From: a virus
Taxonomy: Duplodnaviria > Caudoviricetes
Virus record (IMG/VR): IMGVR_UViG_3300044833_000038
Span: 1-60,290 of that record
Length of the DNA stretch: 60,290 nt
Reading direction: 5' to 3' (one strand)
Made by a program: the position numbers and the translations under genes. Positions 28,279-37,208 of the stretch are shown here, piece by piece. The notes below the pieces were generated by a model. It was not told the DNA's origin and made no database searches. It worked only from the letters and a program-made list of their open reading frames with translations. The stretch's first letter is position 1; each line of letters starts with the position of its first letter.

Positions 28279-29925
28279 CTATCTGATCCGTTGGACACGT
28301 CGGCGGCCTTTCGGGAGCGTCCCGAGTACGTCCATGCGGGCCTGCCATGACAGGACCCCCGCCATGGCGAGGTCGAACTTGCGCTCCGGGTGGATCTTGC
28401 AGAGAATCCACACCTTTTGCCCGGTCTGATCATCGGCCACCAGATTCGTGCTTCGGCGGCCAGCGTTATGGATGTGCCGAGTCAGGCTGCCGACCGCCGG
28501 GTTGTTCTCATCACCCGGGGAGCTGTTGTGCTTCACAGCACCGGACTCGATTGCGTCGCAATAGGCTTCGAGCGCCTTGAACATCCGGCGCTTCTGGTTG
28601 GTCCAGAACTCCTCAACGACGTCTGGGTGATGGGCCGCCCACGCGCCCACCGTGTAATTCCAGTGCGGCGGATCGGCGAACATCTTCACAACACGGAAGC
28701 GCTTGAAAATCTCGCGTCGCTTCTCGTTGACCTCAAGCTCGTCGACTTCCCAGCCATCAGCCGCGTCGTGCGGGCGCTCCCACAGCCCTTCCTCCTGCTG
28801 TAAGCCAGTCTTGATGTCAGTGACGACGAACCCGGTCGAGTCGCGCATCCGGGCGCCGTCGAAACCGATTGTCACCAACGCGCGCAACGGGATCACGAGG
28901 CCCGGCATATACAGTGCGTCCCAGCGCTTCACGTCGAATGCCTGCGCAGATTGCTGAGTCCAGCGGTTCGTCCACACCCGCTCGAGGTAGTTGCGATCAG
29001 CCCGCGGCCGGTCCCACCGTGCTGCCAGCGCCTCAAGATCCGAGCGCGCCGCCAACTCCGGCCCGGACGCCTCACGGATCGCCTCGATACGGTCCTCGAA
29101 CTTGTCCATATCCCAACCGTCAGAAGCCTGACGGTGGATGTAGCACAGTGACGGGCGTGCCACCTCGCCGCGGGCGATCGCCTCGGCCTCAAAATGGTCG
29201 TCCTCGGCCTGCGAATCTTGGCCTGGCTCACCAGCCGTCGTCGTCCCGAGCGACCACGGATCTTCCTCGAAGCGTTTACCGAGGTTGGATTCCATCGTCT
29301 GGATCGCGGCTTTGTGGTTCGGCAGATACAAGCGGTGCGTCTCGTCATAGCCCTGAAACGTCGTGCGGCCACCGTCAGCGGCGTTCGGCGCGTTGGCAAC
29401 CGGAACGGCCTCACCATCAGCGCGACCATCAGGCCCGACGCGGATGATGCGCTCGAGCGCGATATCGAACAGCTCAGAGTCGCGGCCCTGCTCGCAAATC
29501 ACCATCAGCGCGCCGTACGCGAGCTTCTCGACCTGATCCTTCGTATTGGCCAGCAGTGGAATAAAAGGATCGCGCACCGGGCGCCCCTGCTTCAACGACC
29601 CGTCACGGTTAAACCCGTTGAACCGCACCGGAGACTCGGAATGCAGCTCAGCGAACGTGATCAGCGCCATATCCTCAGTCTTCGAGCCACCCTTGCGGAT
29701 CGACCACACCACCCGGTCGAACCGACGACGCCCCTCACGGCGATGACCCTTCGGCCACACCTCATACGCCCGGTACAACAGCAGCCACTCATCCTCAGAC
29801 AAGACGAGCTGTTCACCCTTAAGACTGCCCGGACCGCGGCAAGCGCGCTCCTCGAGGAACTCGCCCACCTGGTCGCCGAGCGTCGGGAACGGCTCGTCCT
29901 CAAGCGGAGGAACAATCAAGTCCAT
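28279..29925 (-). CDS. Terminase large subunit
   Basis: Walker A-like RKGGSKTE, Walker B YDETH, TTTAG coupling motif, GFDG..DST nuclease, KFDLAMA. Confidence 0.92.
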   Translation of the reverse strand: MDLIVPPLEDEPFPTLGDQVGEFLEERACRGPGSLKGEQLVLSEDEWLLLYRAYEVWPKGHRREGRRRFDRVVWSIRKGGSKTEDMALITFAELHSESPVRFNGFNRDGSLKQGRPVRDPFIPLLANTKDQVEKLAYGALMVICEQGRDSELFDIALERIIRVGPDGRADGEAVPVANAPNAADGGRTTFQGYDETHRLYLPNHKAAIQTMESNLGKRFEEDPWSLGTTTAGEPGQDSQAEDDHFEAEAIARGEVARPSLCYIHRQASDGWDMDKFEDRIEAIREASGPELAARSDLEALAARWDRPRADRNYLERVWTNRWTQQSAQAFDVKRWDALYMPGLVIPLRALVTIGFDGARMRDSTGFVVTDIKTGLQQEEGLWERPHDAADGWEVDELEVNEKRREIFKRFRVVKMFADPPHWNYTVGAWAAHHPDVVEEFWTNQKRRMFKALEAYCDAIESGAVKHNSSPGDENNPAVGSLTRHIHNAGRRSTNLVADDQTGQKVWILCKIHPERKFDLAMAGVLSWQARMDVLGTLPKGRRRVQRIR

Positions 29926-29931
29926 TCGATG

Positions 29932-30411
29932 CTATGAAGCAGCGGAGGGCACAACCGACAAACGGCGCGTGGTCCTCGGATCGGCCTTCTTGGGCGCCGC
30001 TTTCTTTGGAGGCGTACCGCGGCGCTGCGCCGTCTTCTGCGCCGCGCTCTCGCCGCGATCAATCTCCCACTGCAAACTTCGCCGGGACATCGGGGTTAGC
30101 CCACACTGGGTGAGCACCTGACGGATCTCACCACCAGTCGACGTCCGAGTCGACGCCGGAGTCTCCGGATCCCAAAACTGCTGCTGCAACCGCGCCGCCA
30201 AATACAGCGCATCGATGTCAGACTCGGTCCACTCAGGCACCATCGGCGACGACCAACAGCGCTTCCACCAGTCCCTCACCACCGGATACCAGTCCTTGAT
30301 ATGCACCGGCAGCGGCGGAATCTTCGCGTTCGTCACCGGTGTCAGCACCGCACGCGTCGACGTCTTGTTGCGGCGAACCCGCGTCGACGGGTCCTTACTG
30401 GTAGGCGGCAT
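29932..30411 (-). CDS. Terminase small subunit
   Basis: RRNK, WWKRCWSSPM..W..SD, EIRQ..GLTPMSRRSLQWEI. Confidence 0.85.
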   Translation of the reverse strand: MPPTSKDPSTRVRRNKTSTRAVLTPVTNAKIPPLPVHIKDWYPVVRDWWKRCWSSPMVPEWTESDIDALYLAARLQQQFWDPETPASTRTSTGGEIRQVLTQCGLTPMSRRSLQWEIDRGESAAQKTAQRRGTPPKKAAPKKADPRTTRRLSVVPSAAS

Positions 30412-30474
30412 ACAGGGGTCTCCTATGTCAGGAGGTGCGAGGTTCCTGGGGTTGCGTACATCTCGGATTTGCCA

Positions 30475-30484
30475 GTGCGTTCCG
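30475..30484 (-). other. Possible cos (3' overhang) site CGGAACGCAC
   Basis: Lies in the HNH-terS intergenic region, the usual cos location; the resemblance to mycobacteriophage overhangs is from memory only. Confidence 0.25.
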
Positions 30485-30616
30485 GTCCTGCAAGTAGGTG
30501 TGACCGGCCTCCCCGCCCAGCCCTTTATCGCAGGTCAGGCCGCATGTTTGCGTATGGTTATGTGTTACCGCTCTCACCTGCGGCTATACAGCTAACCATC
30601 CGGCCCTGACCAGCGG

Positions 30617-31006
30617 CTATAGCAGCCCGGGATGGCGCTCAGCCTGCCGCTTCCATCCGTTCCGTCCTGCGCGTGCCTGCTGCTGCGTCTTGCGCCGATG
30701 GCATGGCCGGCAAACCCCTTGCACGACGCCGGCGGTCAGCACTGATGTCCGTGGCTTGCCAGTCGCGGCCAACCCGTCTGGGTGATCCATCTCGTCGATC
30801 GCGCCGGTGCAGATGACTGGGTAGTTCAGCCGGCACGTCTTGTCCCTGGCTCGGACCGCAGCCTTGACCTTCGGTGAGACGTAGCGGCCTTGGCCTGTGG
30901 TGCGTCCTTGCCAGCTTGTCGTGTGGTTTGGGCAGTACTTACCTGACCGGATGGTGTTTGGGCAGTGGTAGTCGTCGCCTGGGCAGCGGCGTGGCGCGCG
31001 GGGCAT
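30617..31006 (-). CDS. Packaging-associated HNH endonuclease
   Basis: RDKTCRL..C..DEMDH..VCRPCHRRKT; immediately upstream of terS. Confidence 0.85.
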   Translation of the reverse strand: MPRAPRRCPGDDYHCPNTIRSGKYCPNHTTSWQGRTTGQGRYVSPKVKAAVRARDKTCRLNYPVICTGAIDEMDHPDGLAATGKPRTSVLTAGVVQGVCRPCHRRKTQQQARAGRNGWKRQAERHPGLL

Positions 31007-31242
31007 CAGTCGTGTCCGTGCTGTCCACCGTGTGGCGGGAGGTGGCCGAAGTGGAGGCGGTAGTACTCGGTCGTGAGGCCGTCTGCTTTGGCTGGTGACA
31101 TGTACTGCAGCAGCAGCGCGTGCAGGGTGGTCCAGGGTTTCGGGTTGGTCGCCCACTTGGCTAAGCCTGCGCCGGCGAGCCAGTACCGGTTGATGCCTTC
31201 GGATGGTCCGACGCCTGGCTTGGTGTCTACGCCTGCGGCCAC
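31006..31242 (-). CDS. Hypothetical protein
   Basis: GTG start with GGAG SD; RYWLAGAGLAKW..PWTTL. Confidence 0.5.
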   Translation of the reverse strand: MAAGVDTKPGVGPSEGINRYWLAGAGLAKWATNPKPWTTLHALLLQYMSPAKADGLTTEYYRLHFGHLPPHGGQHGHD

Positions 31243-31476
31243 CGTTGCTCCGGTGTCGCGGTGCGTTCGGCATACTCGCGCAGCTCCCGGTTGAGCGCGG
31301 CCATCTCGAGCTCGGCTGCTGCGTAGGCGATGATCCGTTCGGTCTGGGCGATCAGATGACTTTCCGCGGCAGCAATGCCGCGATGATGCGGGTTGCGGTA
31401 TCGAAGTCCTCACCCCAAGCCTCGTACCAGACGTCGCTCACCTTGCAGTAGATGATCGTCATATGGCGCTCTCCTG

Positions 31477-31683
31477 TTGTTCGTATCGCCCGCAGCCGGT
31501 CGTGCGATGGTGCAAGCTCATGGTGTGCGTGTCGTTGATCGAGCCGTCTTATGGGGCGTGCGTGTCGGGGTCGGCGGTTTCGTCGCGTGGATGGTGTTCC
31601 ACATCGTGTGGCTGCAGATCGCTAGCCTGATCGTGCTGTTCGGGGCGGCTGCGACGATGGTCTTCCTCGCCGCAACCGAGTAA
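31477..31683 (+). CDS. Small membrane protein (start uncertain)
   Basis: Two hydrophobic segments; oriented against its neighbours. Confidence 0.4.
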   Translation: MFVSPAAGRAMVQAHGVRVVDRAVLWGVRVGVGGFVAWMVFHIVWLQIASLIVLFGAAATMVFLAATE

Positions 31684-31899
31684 CGGTTGGCCGCGGCAGT
31701 CCTTGTCGAGGTCGTCAGCGTCCGATGCACATCGTCGCCACACCGAACCGTTCAAGTAGCTCATCCCGCCTGGCAACCCAAAACCGGATGGCGTCGCATC
31801 CGCCGTCCAACCGTGCCCGCTGCAGCTGCTGGTGGGCGTGGGTGATGTCTTGGGTGAGGTTGCGGGTTGCGCGGGTTGGTTCGGGCATCGCGACCATCC

Positions 31900-32151
31900 T
31901 TATGCGGGGATGCAGTATCCGAGTCGTTTGTCGCGGTTTTCGCGTCCGGATGGGATGCGGGTGGTTTTTTCGTATTGGGCGACGTCGATGAGCCGATAGA
32001 GTTTTCGGCCGGCTTGGTCTAGGCCGGTGGCGTGGATGTGGCCGAGTTGCGCCCATTTGCGGATGGTGGCTGCGGTGACGCCGAGGAGTGTGGCTGCTTG
32101 GGCGGTGGTGAGCAACTGTTGGGCGCCGTCGGGGGTGAGGACTGCATGCAA
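31900..32151 (-). CDS. MerR/excisionase-like HTH protein
   Basis: LLTTAQAATLLGVTAATIRKWAQLG..KLYRLIDV; TTG start with AAGGGAG SD (frame is open to 32406). Confidence 0.75.
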   Translation of the reverse strand: MHAVLTPDGAQQLLTTAQAATLLGVTAATIRKWAQLGHIHATGLDQAGRKLYRLIDVAQYEKTTRIPSGRENRDKRLGYCIPA

Positions 32152-32173
32152 GGCGTGCTCCCTTGGAACAGCG

Positions 32174-32265
32174 AAAACCCCCATGCGTGAGGCGTGGGGG
32201 CTGTTTGGGCATAGGTGTGCTACTGCCGCAGGTGTGAAAGTAGCAGGTCGCGGCCGGAAAGTCAC
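32174..32265 (-). promoter_or_regulatory. Promoter followed by a short leader and terminator hairpin
   Basis: GTGACT-17-TACTTT with TG extension; CCCCCACGC..GCATGGGGG-TTTT hairpin about 35 nt downstream. Confidence 0.45.
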
Positions 32266-32405
32266 CTGCTCCTCGGCAATGGCGCGGATCGCCTCACGTA
32301 CCGGCTCGTCGCCCCGGTCGGCGTATAGGTTCCCCAGCGCAGAGGGGCCTAGCCATTCGGCCATGAGCATGTCGAGTGCGGCCATTGCGCGGTCGGTAGC
32401 GGGCA

Positions 32406-32585
32406 TCAGTAGCTCGCAATCGTGTCGTCGTCGAGTTCGGCCTGCGCCGCTTTGAGCATGCTGCGTATCAGCGATGCCCGACTGACGCCGAGGCTGTATG
32501 CGCGGGCGTCCATGTCGGCGAGCAGGCCGTCGCCGACGCGGACGTTGATGGGTGTGCCGATCTCAGGTCGGCCTGCGGGGGTCAC
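32406..32585 (-). CDS. Ribbon-helix-helix (CopG-like) regulator
   Basis: GRPEIGTPINVRV..LLADMD..GVSRASLIR. Confidence 0.75.
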   Translation of the reverse strand: MTPAGRPEIGTPINVRVGDGLLADMDARAYSLGVSRASLIRSMLKAAQAELDDDTIASY

Positions 32586-32779
32586 CGCACCGACCGCAAT
32601 GCTTCCGTGGTGCGGACCATCGCCGCCCAGTCGTAAGCGCCGTGACCGGGCATGGCGTCGAGAATGTCGAGGCATTCCGGGCAGTCAACGTGATCGCGGT
32701 AGATGACAGTGTCGCCTTCGCCTTCGCAAAGTGAGCCGGGAATGTCGCCGCCGTCGGGTGCGTGTGCGTAGATTTTCAT
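32582..32779 (-). CDS. Small Cys-containing protein, leaderless
   Basis: ATG 7 nt after the -10 box; LC..VDCPEC. Confidence 0.6.
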   Translation of the reverse strand: MKIYAHAPDGGDIPGSLCEGEGDTVIYRDHVDCPECLDILDAMPGHGAYDWAAMVRTTEALRSVR

Positions 32780-32786
32780 GTGATTA

Positions 32787-32815
32787 ACGATACCGTCTAT
32801 CCAACTGATTGTCAA
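32787..32815 (-). promoter_or_regulatory. SigA-type promoter
   Basis: TTGACA-17-TATCGT. Confidence 0.75.
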
Positions 32816-32821
32816 TACCGT

Positions 32822-32983
32822 TTATTGCCGGTCTCGGTTTGCTCGCAGCTGCCGATAGTACTGCTCCGACGCCGCTCCTAAGCTGGAGCGCCCGCAATAC
32901 GGGCACGGGTCGCCATTTGCGTAGGCCCGGAACAGCGCCGACGTGTAACGGTCGCAGCCTGGACACGTTAGCTTGTACGTCAC
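32822..32983 (-). CDS. Small zinc-ribbon protein
   Basis: CPGC..CPYCG; GTGA coupling. Confidence 0.55.
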   Translation of the reverse strand: MTYKLTCPGCDRYTSALFRAYANGDPCPYCGRSSLGAASEQYYRQLRANRDRQ

Positions 32984-33234
32984 GTTTGCCTCAGGTGAAC
33001 ACCGGGACGCGACGGATGCCCCCAGCGACAGTCGGTGTGGTCGACATGCCGCCACCCAACGCCCGGTGTGCGATCTACCAATGCTCCGCATAAGCCGCAT
33101 TCGCGGAGTTGGTGGGATCGCGCCACGATGCGGTCTGCCGGGTCGTCGGGTCCGTCGTAGTCGCAGTTCCCATCGCATGTCGCGAAGTCGCAGGGGCGAT
33201 CTTCACCGCTCATCGCTCGCTCACCATTAGGCAC
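32980..33234 (-). CDS. Cys-rich hypothetical protein
   Basis: CGLCG..WRH..C..HP. Confidence 0.5.
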   Translation of the reverse strand: MPNGERAMSGEDRPCDFATCDGNCDYDGPDDPADRIVARSHQLRECGLCGALVDRTPGVGWRHVDHTDCRWGHPSRPGVHLRQT

Positions 33235-33498
33235 ATAAGGAATGGAATCGCTAGGCCCAGTACGAGCCAGAACACTGGTCCGCTCATGTTTGCTCCTGTC
33301 AGTCTCGGTCGCCGATAATGTTGCGTCACGTCAGCCGCACAGGCACGTCGGGCTGTGTGGATTCTCGACCCGTCCAGACCCAGACGTCGCCCACTCGGTC
33401 GTAGCCATCATCCCCATCCCACGCGTCCAGGCACGCTTTCCCGCACTGTGTTTCGGGGTACGGGCACACATGCCCAGGCCAATTCGGACAGTTGGGTT

Positions 33499-34134
33499 TC
33501 ATGCGACCTCCGCCAACACCGCATCCAATGTGAGCCGGATCAGGAACGGGTAGTGAACCTCTTTGATCGTGTACCCGCACGCGTCGCAGGAGATAAAATC
33601 CTGGCCTGCACCCTGAACGCGCACCAAGGTTCGCAACCCGCAGTCGTTGGATGGGCACGGTACTGGCAGCGTGTATTTGGGGGTTGTGGCGCCCAATGCT
33701 CGCCGTATCCCGTAATGCAGGTCCGGTAGCTCTCGCAGCGCGTCGTGGTCGACGAGGGCGACGAGCATTTCGCAGCGCGGCTCGAGATATCTCCACGCCG
33801 AGACGAGGCGTTGTTTGTGGTTGACGGCGTACGCCCACACGTCGTCGCCGTCATTGTTGACGGCCATGCGTTTGCGGCGGGGTTGCCGTTCGCTGCGTTC
33901 CTCGGCGAGGTAGTCGTGCCAGCAGGTCATCATGTCGACGATTTCGGCGGCTTTCGCCGACGCCCACTCTGCCGGGTGTCCGTAGTCCTGAACTTTCCCG
34001 GTGCGGCCCTCAGTTTTCGGGGGGTTGGGGAAGACGGCCTGCAAATGGACCCAGTCGAGCGCGAGCCAGTACAGGGTTCGGCGGAGGTGTTTGGCAGACA
34101 TTCGCTTCGTCGTTTCGGGCTGTGGTGCTGTCAT
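33499..34134 (-). CDS. Zinc-finger protein, possible late-gene regulator
   Basis: C-terminal PCP..CG..CDACG; located at the end of the early operon. Confidence 0.55.
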   Translation of the reverse strand: MTAPQPETTKRMSAKHLRRTLYWLALDWVHLQAVFPNPPKTEGRTGKVQDYGHPAEWASAKAAEIVDMMTCWHDYLAEERSERQPRRKRMAVNNDGDDVWAYAVNHKQRLVSAWRYLEPRCEMLVALVDHDALRELPDLHYGIRRALGATTPKYTLPVPCPSNDCGLRTLVRVQGAGQDFISCDACGYTIKEVHYPFLIRLTLDAVLAEVA

Positions 34135-34355
34135 GCGGATTGTGGTCCCGCCCATGTGCCCGGCCATGACCAACCGGGCCAGTCGCGGTCAGCTTTGACG
34201 AGGCCGATGGTTTCCGGTGGTAGGCATTTTCCGTTGCGGCGGTGTCGGTCGAATGCGCCGGCGCTGGTGAATGTGTGGTGGCAAGCGGAGCAGTGCGCGG
34301 CGCCGAGTCCGGTCCATCGGGCGCCGCAGCAGTTGGCTTGGATCATTTCAGGCAT
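34131..34355 (-). CDS. FDxHR-type zinc-binding protein
   Basis: CCGARWTG..HCSACHHTF..AFDRHR..C. Confidence 0.7.
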   Translation of the reverse strand: MPEMIQANCCGARWTGLGAAHCSACHHTFTSAGAFDRHRRNGKCLPPETIGLVKADRDWPGWSWPGTWAGPQSA

Positions 34356-34461
34356 GGTCGTATCCGATCTGTGTGGGTGATTCCGGGGCTAGGGACGGCC
34401 GAATGGGCGATTGGAGCCCTTTGGGTGGCGTCCCAGTGCCCGCGAGGGGTGTTTTGGGCGC

Positions 34462-34677
34462 TCACCAGATCGTCTCCGGCTGGGCGACCTTGGCTGGTTT
34501 CCGTGTGGTGACCCTCAGACCGGCCATGGCCAACTCGGCGACCACATGCTCGACCCAAGCCTCAGTCGACGTGAACTCGCCCGATCCGCGCCCGTCGGCG
34601 CATTCGTGGCAGAGCAGCCGGTTTGGGCCGTCGGTGTAAGGCGCGTGGCGGGCGAGGAGCTCGGTGAACGCGGTCAT
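34462..34677 (-). CDS. Hypothetical protein
   Basis: H..CHEC..WVEHV; coupled start. Confidence 0.5.
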   Translation of the reverse strand: MTAFTELLARHAPYTDGPNRLLCHECADGRGSGEFTSTEAWVEHVVAELAMAGLRVTTRKPAKVAQPETIW

Positions 34678-34835
34678 CGAGCCGCCGCCGATGCGATCGC
34701 CGCGAGCCGAATGAACAGCGAGAGGCTCTCCTCGCGGGCATGGGCAGCAGCTGCAATAGCCTGGTGCTCCTCGGGTGTCAGGCGCAACGCCACGAGCCTG
34801 GTGCGCTGGCGACGCTCGGAGCGCTGGCGGCTCAT
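34674..34835 (-). CDS. MobC/RHH-like DNA-binding protein
   Basis: RQRTRLVALRLTPEEH..SLSLFIR. Confidence 0.6.
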   Translation of the reverse strand: MSRQRSERRQRTRLVALRLTPEEHQAIAAAAHAREESLSLFIRLAAIASAAAR

Positions 34836-35686
34836 GCGCCGCCTCGTTCGATCGCGGCGCGCACAGCAGCCATACCGCGGGCGGAGGTTTCGGTGCGGTC
34901 GACGTGGTCGCAGACGACGGGGCCGCGGTAGCCCTCGTCGTCGCACAGCCCGCAGTTCACGACAGCCATCGCCGCGACGTCGGCGTCCGCCTGGCGCTGT
35001 TCGAGTAGCTCACGGCCTTCGCGTTGCATGCGGGCCTTGGTTTCGATGTCCTGCTCGGCGAGCCAGCGGTCATGGGCCTTGCGGGTGTCCTTGCACGGCC
35101 CGCAGGGTGCGAGGGTTCCGCCGGGCATGTGGCGGTTGCACCATCGAGGGGGAGCTTCTAGGAGGGGGTTGTTCGGGTCGGGCGCTAACTCACCGTGAGA
35201 TCCCCTCTCAAATTGACCATTACTGGGTGGGGTGGGGTGGGGAGCGCAGACGTCCGGGAGCGCGCGCGAGGAATCCACACTGTCTTCCGGTGGGATTCCG
35301 TCTGGAATCCGTTCGGAGTCCGGTGGGTAGTCCGGTGGGACTTCCAAAGGTTGTCCATGTGGGACATTTCGGGCTTTGCGCTGCTCAGCCTTACGCGTCC
35401 TGTCTACTTTTCGCTTCTGATCAACTTCAGCTTTTGTGAGCTGACGATGTTCCCAATCATGGAACTGGTAACCACCCGAAACTTTTCGCCAGAGGTCCGC
35501 TTTGAGTAGCGAATCGACCTGTGTTTGAGTGCCGATCGAGCGCGCAATCCTACTCGGAATGAACCCATCAGTGAGCGATCCCGTCGACCAGGCGCCGGCC
35601 CTCACCCACAGCCCCATAGCGGCATTTCCGGCCTCGGCGACCTTCTTATGGAAGGCAAGCCCGTCGTCGACGTAGAACCACACCAT
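34832..35686 (-). CDS. Putative replication initiator protein
   Basis: WFYVDD..H.K..AMGLW..TDGFIP..GYQFHDW N-terminal winged helix; internal repeats; C-terminal Cys clusters. Confidence 0.65.
   Translation of the reverse strand: MVWFYVDDGLAFHKKVAEAGNAAMGLWVRAGAWSTGSLTDGFIPSRIARSIGTQTQVDSLLKADLWRKVSGGYQFHDWEHRQLTKAEVDQKRKVDRTRKAEQRKARNVPHGQPLEVPPDYPPDSERIPDGIPPEDSVDSSRALPDVCAPHPTPPSNGQFERGSHGELAPDPNNPLLEAPPRWCNRHMPGGTLAPCGPCKDTRKAHDRWLAEQDIETKARMQREGRELLEQRQADADVAAMAVVNCGLCDDEGYRGPVVCDHVDRTETSARGMAAVRAAIERGGA
35286..35364. repeat. Iteron-like TCCnnnnGGA repeats (candidate ori)
   Basis: About 7 degenerate units at 11-12 nt period inside the initiator gene. Confidence 0.5.
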
Positions 35687-35973
35687 TACGCGCTCGCCTC
35701 GATCTCGTATCGCTCGATGTTGTGGATCGGATTGGCTCGCCGGATGTAGTCACGCTCGCCCGCGCGCGCCTCTGCTTCGGTCTCGTACGTCGTTAGGACG
35801 ATGCGGTCCACCGCACACCACCAGACCTTCTTGTCGCGGTGCACAGACAAGCGTTTTATCGGTTCTTGGGTCATGCCGATGTACAGAGGTCGGTCTAGGT
35901 CGACGCAGAACATCGCGTATACGAACCAGCAGGCGCCGATCTGGCCGTGGTTATCGGTCCACTCCAGCTTCAT
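35686..35973 (-). CDS. GIY-YIG nuclease
   Basis: FVYAM..LYIGMT..RLSVH..E..NPIHN. Confidence 0.8.
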   Translation of the reverse strand: MKLEWTDNHGQIGACWFVYAMFCVDLDRPLYIGMTQEPIKRLSVHRDKKVWWCAVDRIVLTTYETEAEARAGERDYIRRANPIHNIERYEIEASA

Positions 35974-36136
35974 CCCACCACCGCTCTCACGACTATTTCC
36001 GGCGACCTCGTCCCGCTAACCACGCACCAGACTTGTTTGGCCGGTGATCGGTAGTGGGATGGCCAGAGCCCGTCACGTCGGGTGAACAGGATTCGGCCGC
36101 AGGTCGGGCATCGGGCGGGCGCGGTAGACAGGTAGG

Positions 36137-36787
36137 TCATGCGGCGGCTCTCACGGCGTCGAGGAGCTGCGCGCCGATGTATTCGGTGTAGGCCGGCGGG
36201 ATGGCCTGGGCGAGTTCGTTACGGTTCATCCAGTCGATGCCCATCACGCGCTTACGGTCAGCCTGGGTGTACCTAGCGCCCGCACGGTATTCCTGGCCCT
36301 GCATGCCGTGTCCACTAACTGAGATAGCGATGCCCTCATGGCTACATGGGGACCGCATATCGAAACCGTGCCAAGAGGTTTCAAACCATCGCTCGCGACG
36401 CAGCGGCGAGAGTCCGAACATACAGCCACAGAGCCGATAATCCGTCCGCATCGGTGCGCCCGGTACGTTCTCGATCACCCACGGCAACCCCGTCTGCTCA
36501 AGGAGCACGCGCGTTTCGGCGAGTAAGCGTCCGGTTCCATGGAGTCCCGATACGCTACGGAGCACCGAATGGTCCTGGCATGGCGGCGAAGCGTGAATGG
36601 CGGCGAAGTGATGGTTGTGCCCCCAGCTCAGGTATTCGAGGGCATCGCACTGGTAGAAGTCGAACGGGTAGTTCGGTTGGTCGACAACATCGATGCCGAG
36701 CACGTCGAATCCGGCGCGGTGGTAGCCCATCGCGGCACCGCCTGCGCCGCAGTACAAATCAAGAAGCAGCGGCCTAGTAGCTGGCAT
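36137..36787 (-). CDS. DNA (cytosine-5) methyltransferase, compact phage type
   Basis: LDLYCGAGG, ASPPCQ, IENV, RRERWF, AIPPAYTEYIG. Confidence 0.85.
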   Translation of the reverse strand: MPATRPLLLDLYCGAGGAAMGYHRAGFDVLGIDVVDQPNYPFDFYQCDALEYLSWGHNHHFAAIHASPPCQDHSVLRSVSGLHGTGRLLAETRVLLEQTGLPWVIENVPGAPMRTDYRLCGCMFGLSPLRRERWFETSWHGFDMRSPCSHEGIAISVSGHGMQGQEYRAGARYTQADRKRVMGIDWMNRNELAQAIPPAYTEYIGAQLLDAVRAAA

Positions 36788-36928
36788 CGTTTCCCCCCGT
36801 TTCTTCGCCGTCGCCGTCACGCGCCCAGTGGTGTGCACGGCCGGGGAGCGGGGTGCCGGGGCGGATGGTGTTGGTGCATGGTTGGCCGGGTTTGGCGTGG
36901 CACACTTCGCAGTGAACGTCGAGCGCGG

Positions 36929-37150
36929 TCACGCGTCGGCGTCCGCTGTATCGAGATATTCCAGATCCATTGCGTGGATGTGGAAGTCGAAGCCACGCTT
37001 ACGCGGGGAGCTGTCGAGGCGGAACCGCAGATAGCCATTGTTGGCGCTGGTGACGACGCCCGTCTGGCCATGGAAGACACCGCGGTTGATAACGCGGGCT
37101 TTGGCGCCGCGTTTCGCCGGGACCGGATAGTGGCTGCGGATCCACTCCAT
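36929..37150 (-). CDS. Hypothetical protein
   Basis: IRSHYPVPAKRG..GVVTS..H motif common in phages. Confidence 0.55.
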   Translation of the reverse strand: MEWIRSHYPVPAKRGAKARVINRGVFHGQTGVVTSANNGYLRFRLDSSPRKRGFDFHIHAMDLEYLDTADADA

Positions 37151-37208
37151 GCTGCCTTTCACTTGGCCGGCTCCTCGCCCGGCTCCAGCACGTCGATGAG
37201 CGCCACCG

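Noticed and set aside
35686-36787. Restriction-modification pair (methyltransferase + GIY-YIG)
   Set aside because: The GIY-YIG is a minimal 95-aa domain with no specificity region, and both types commonly occur alone in phage early regions.
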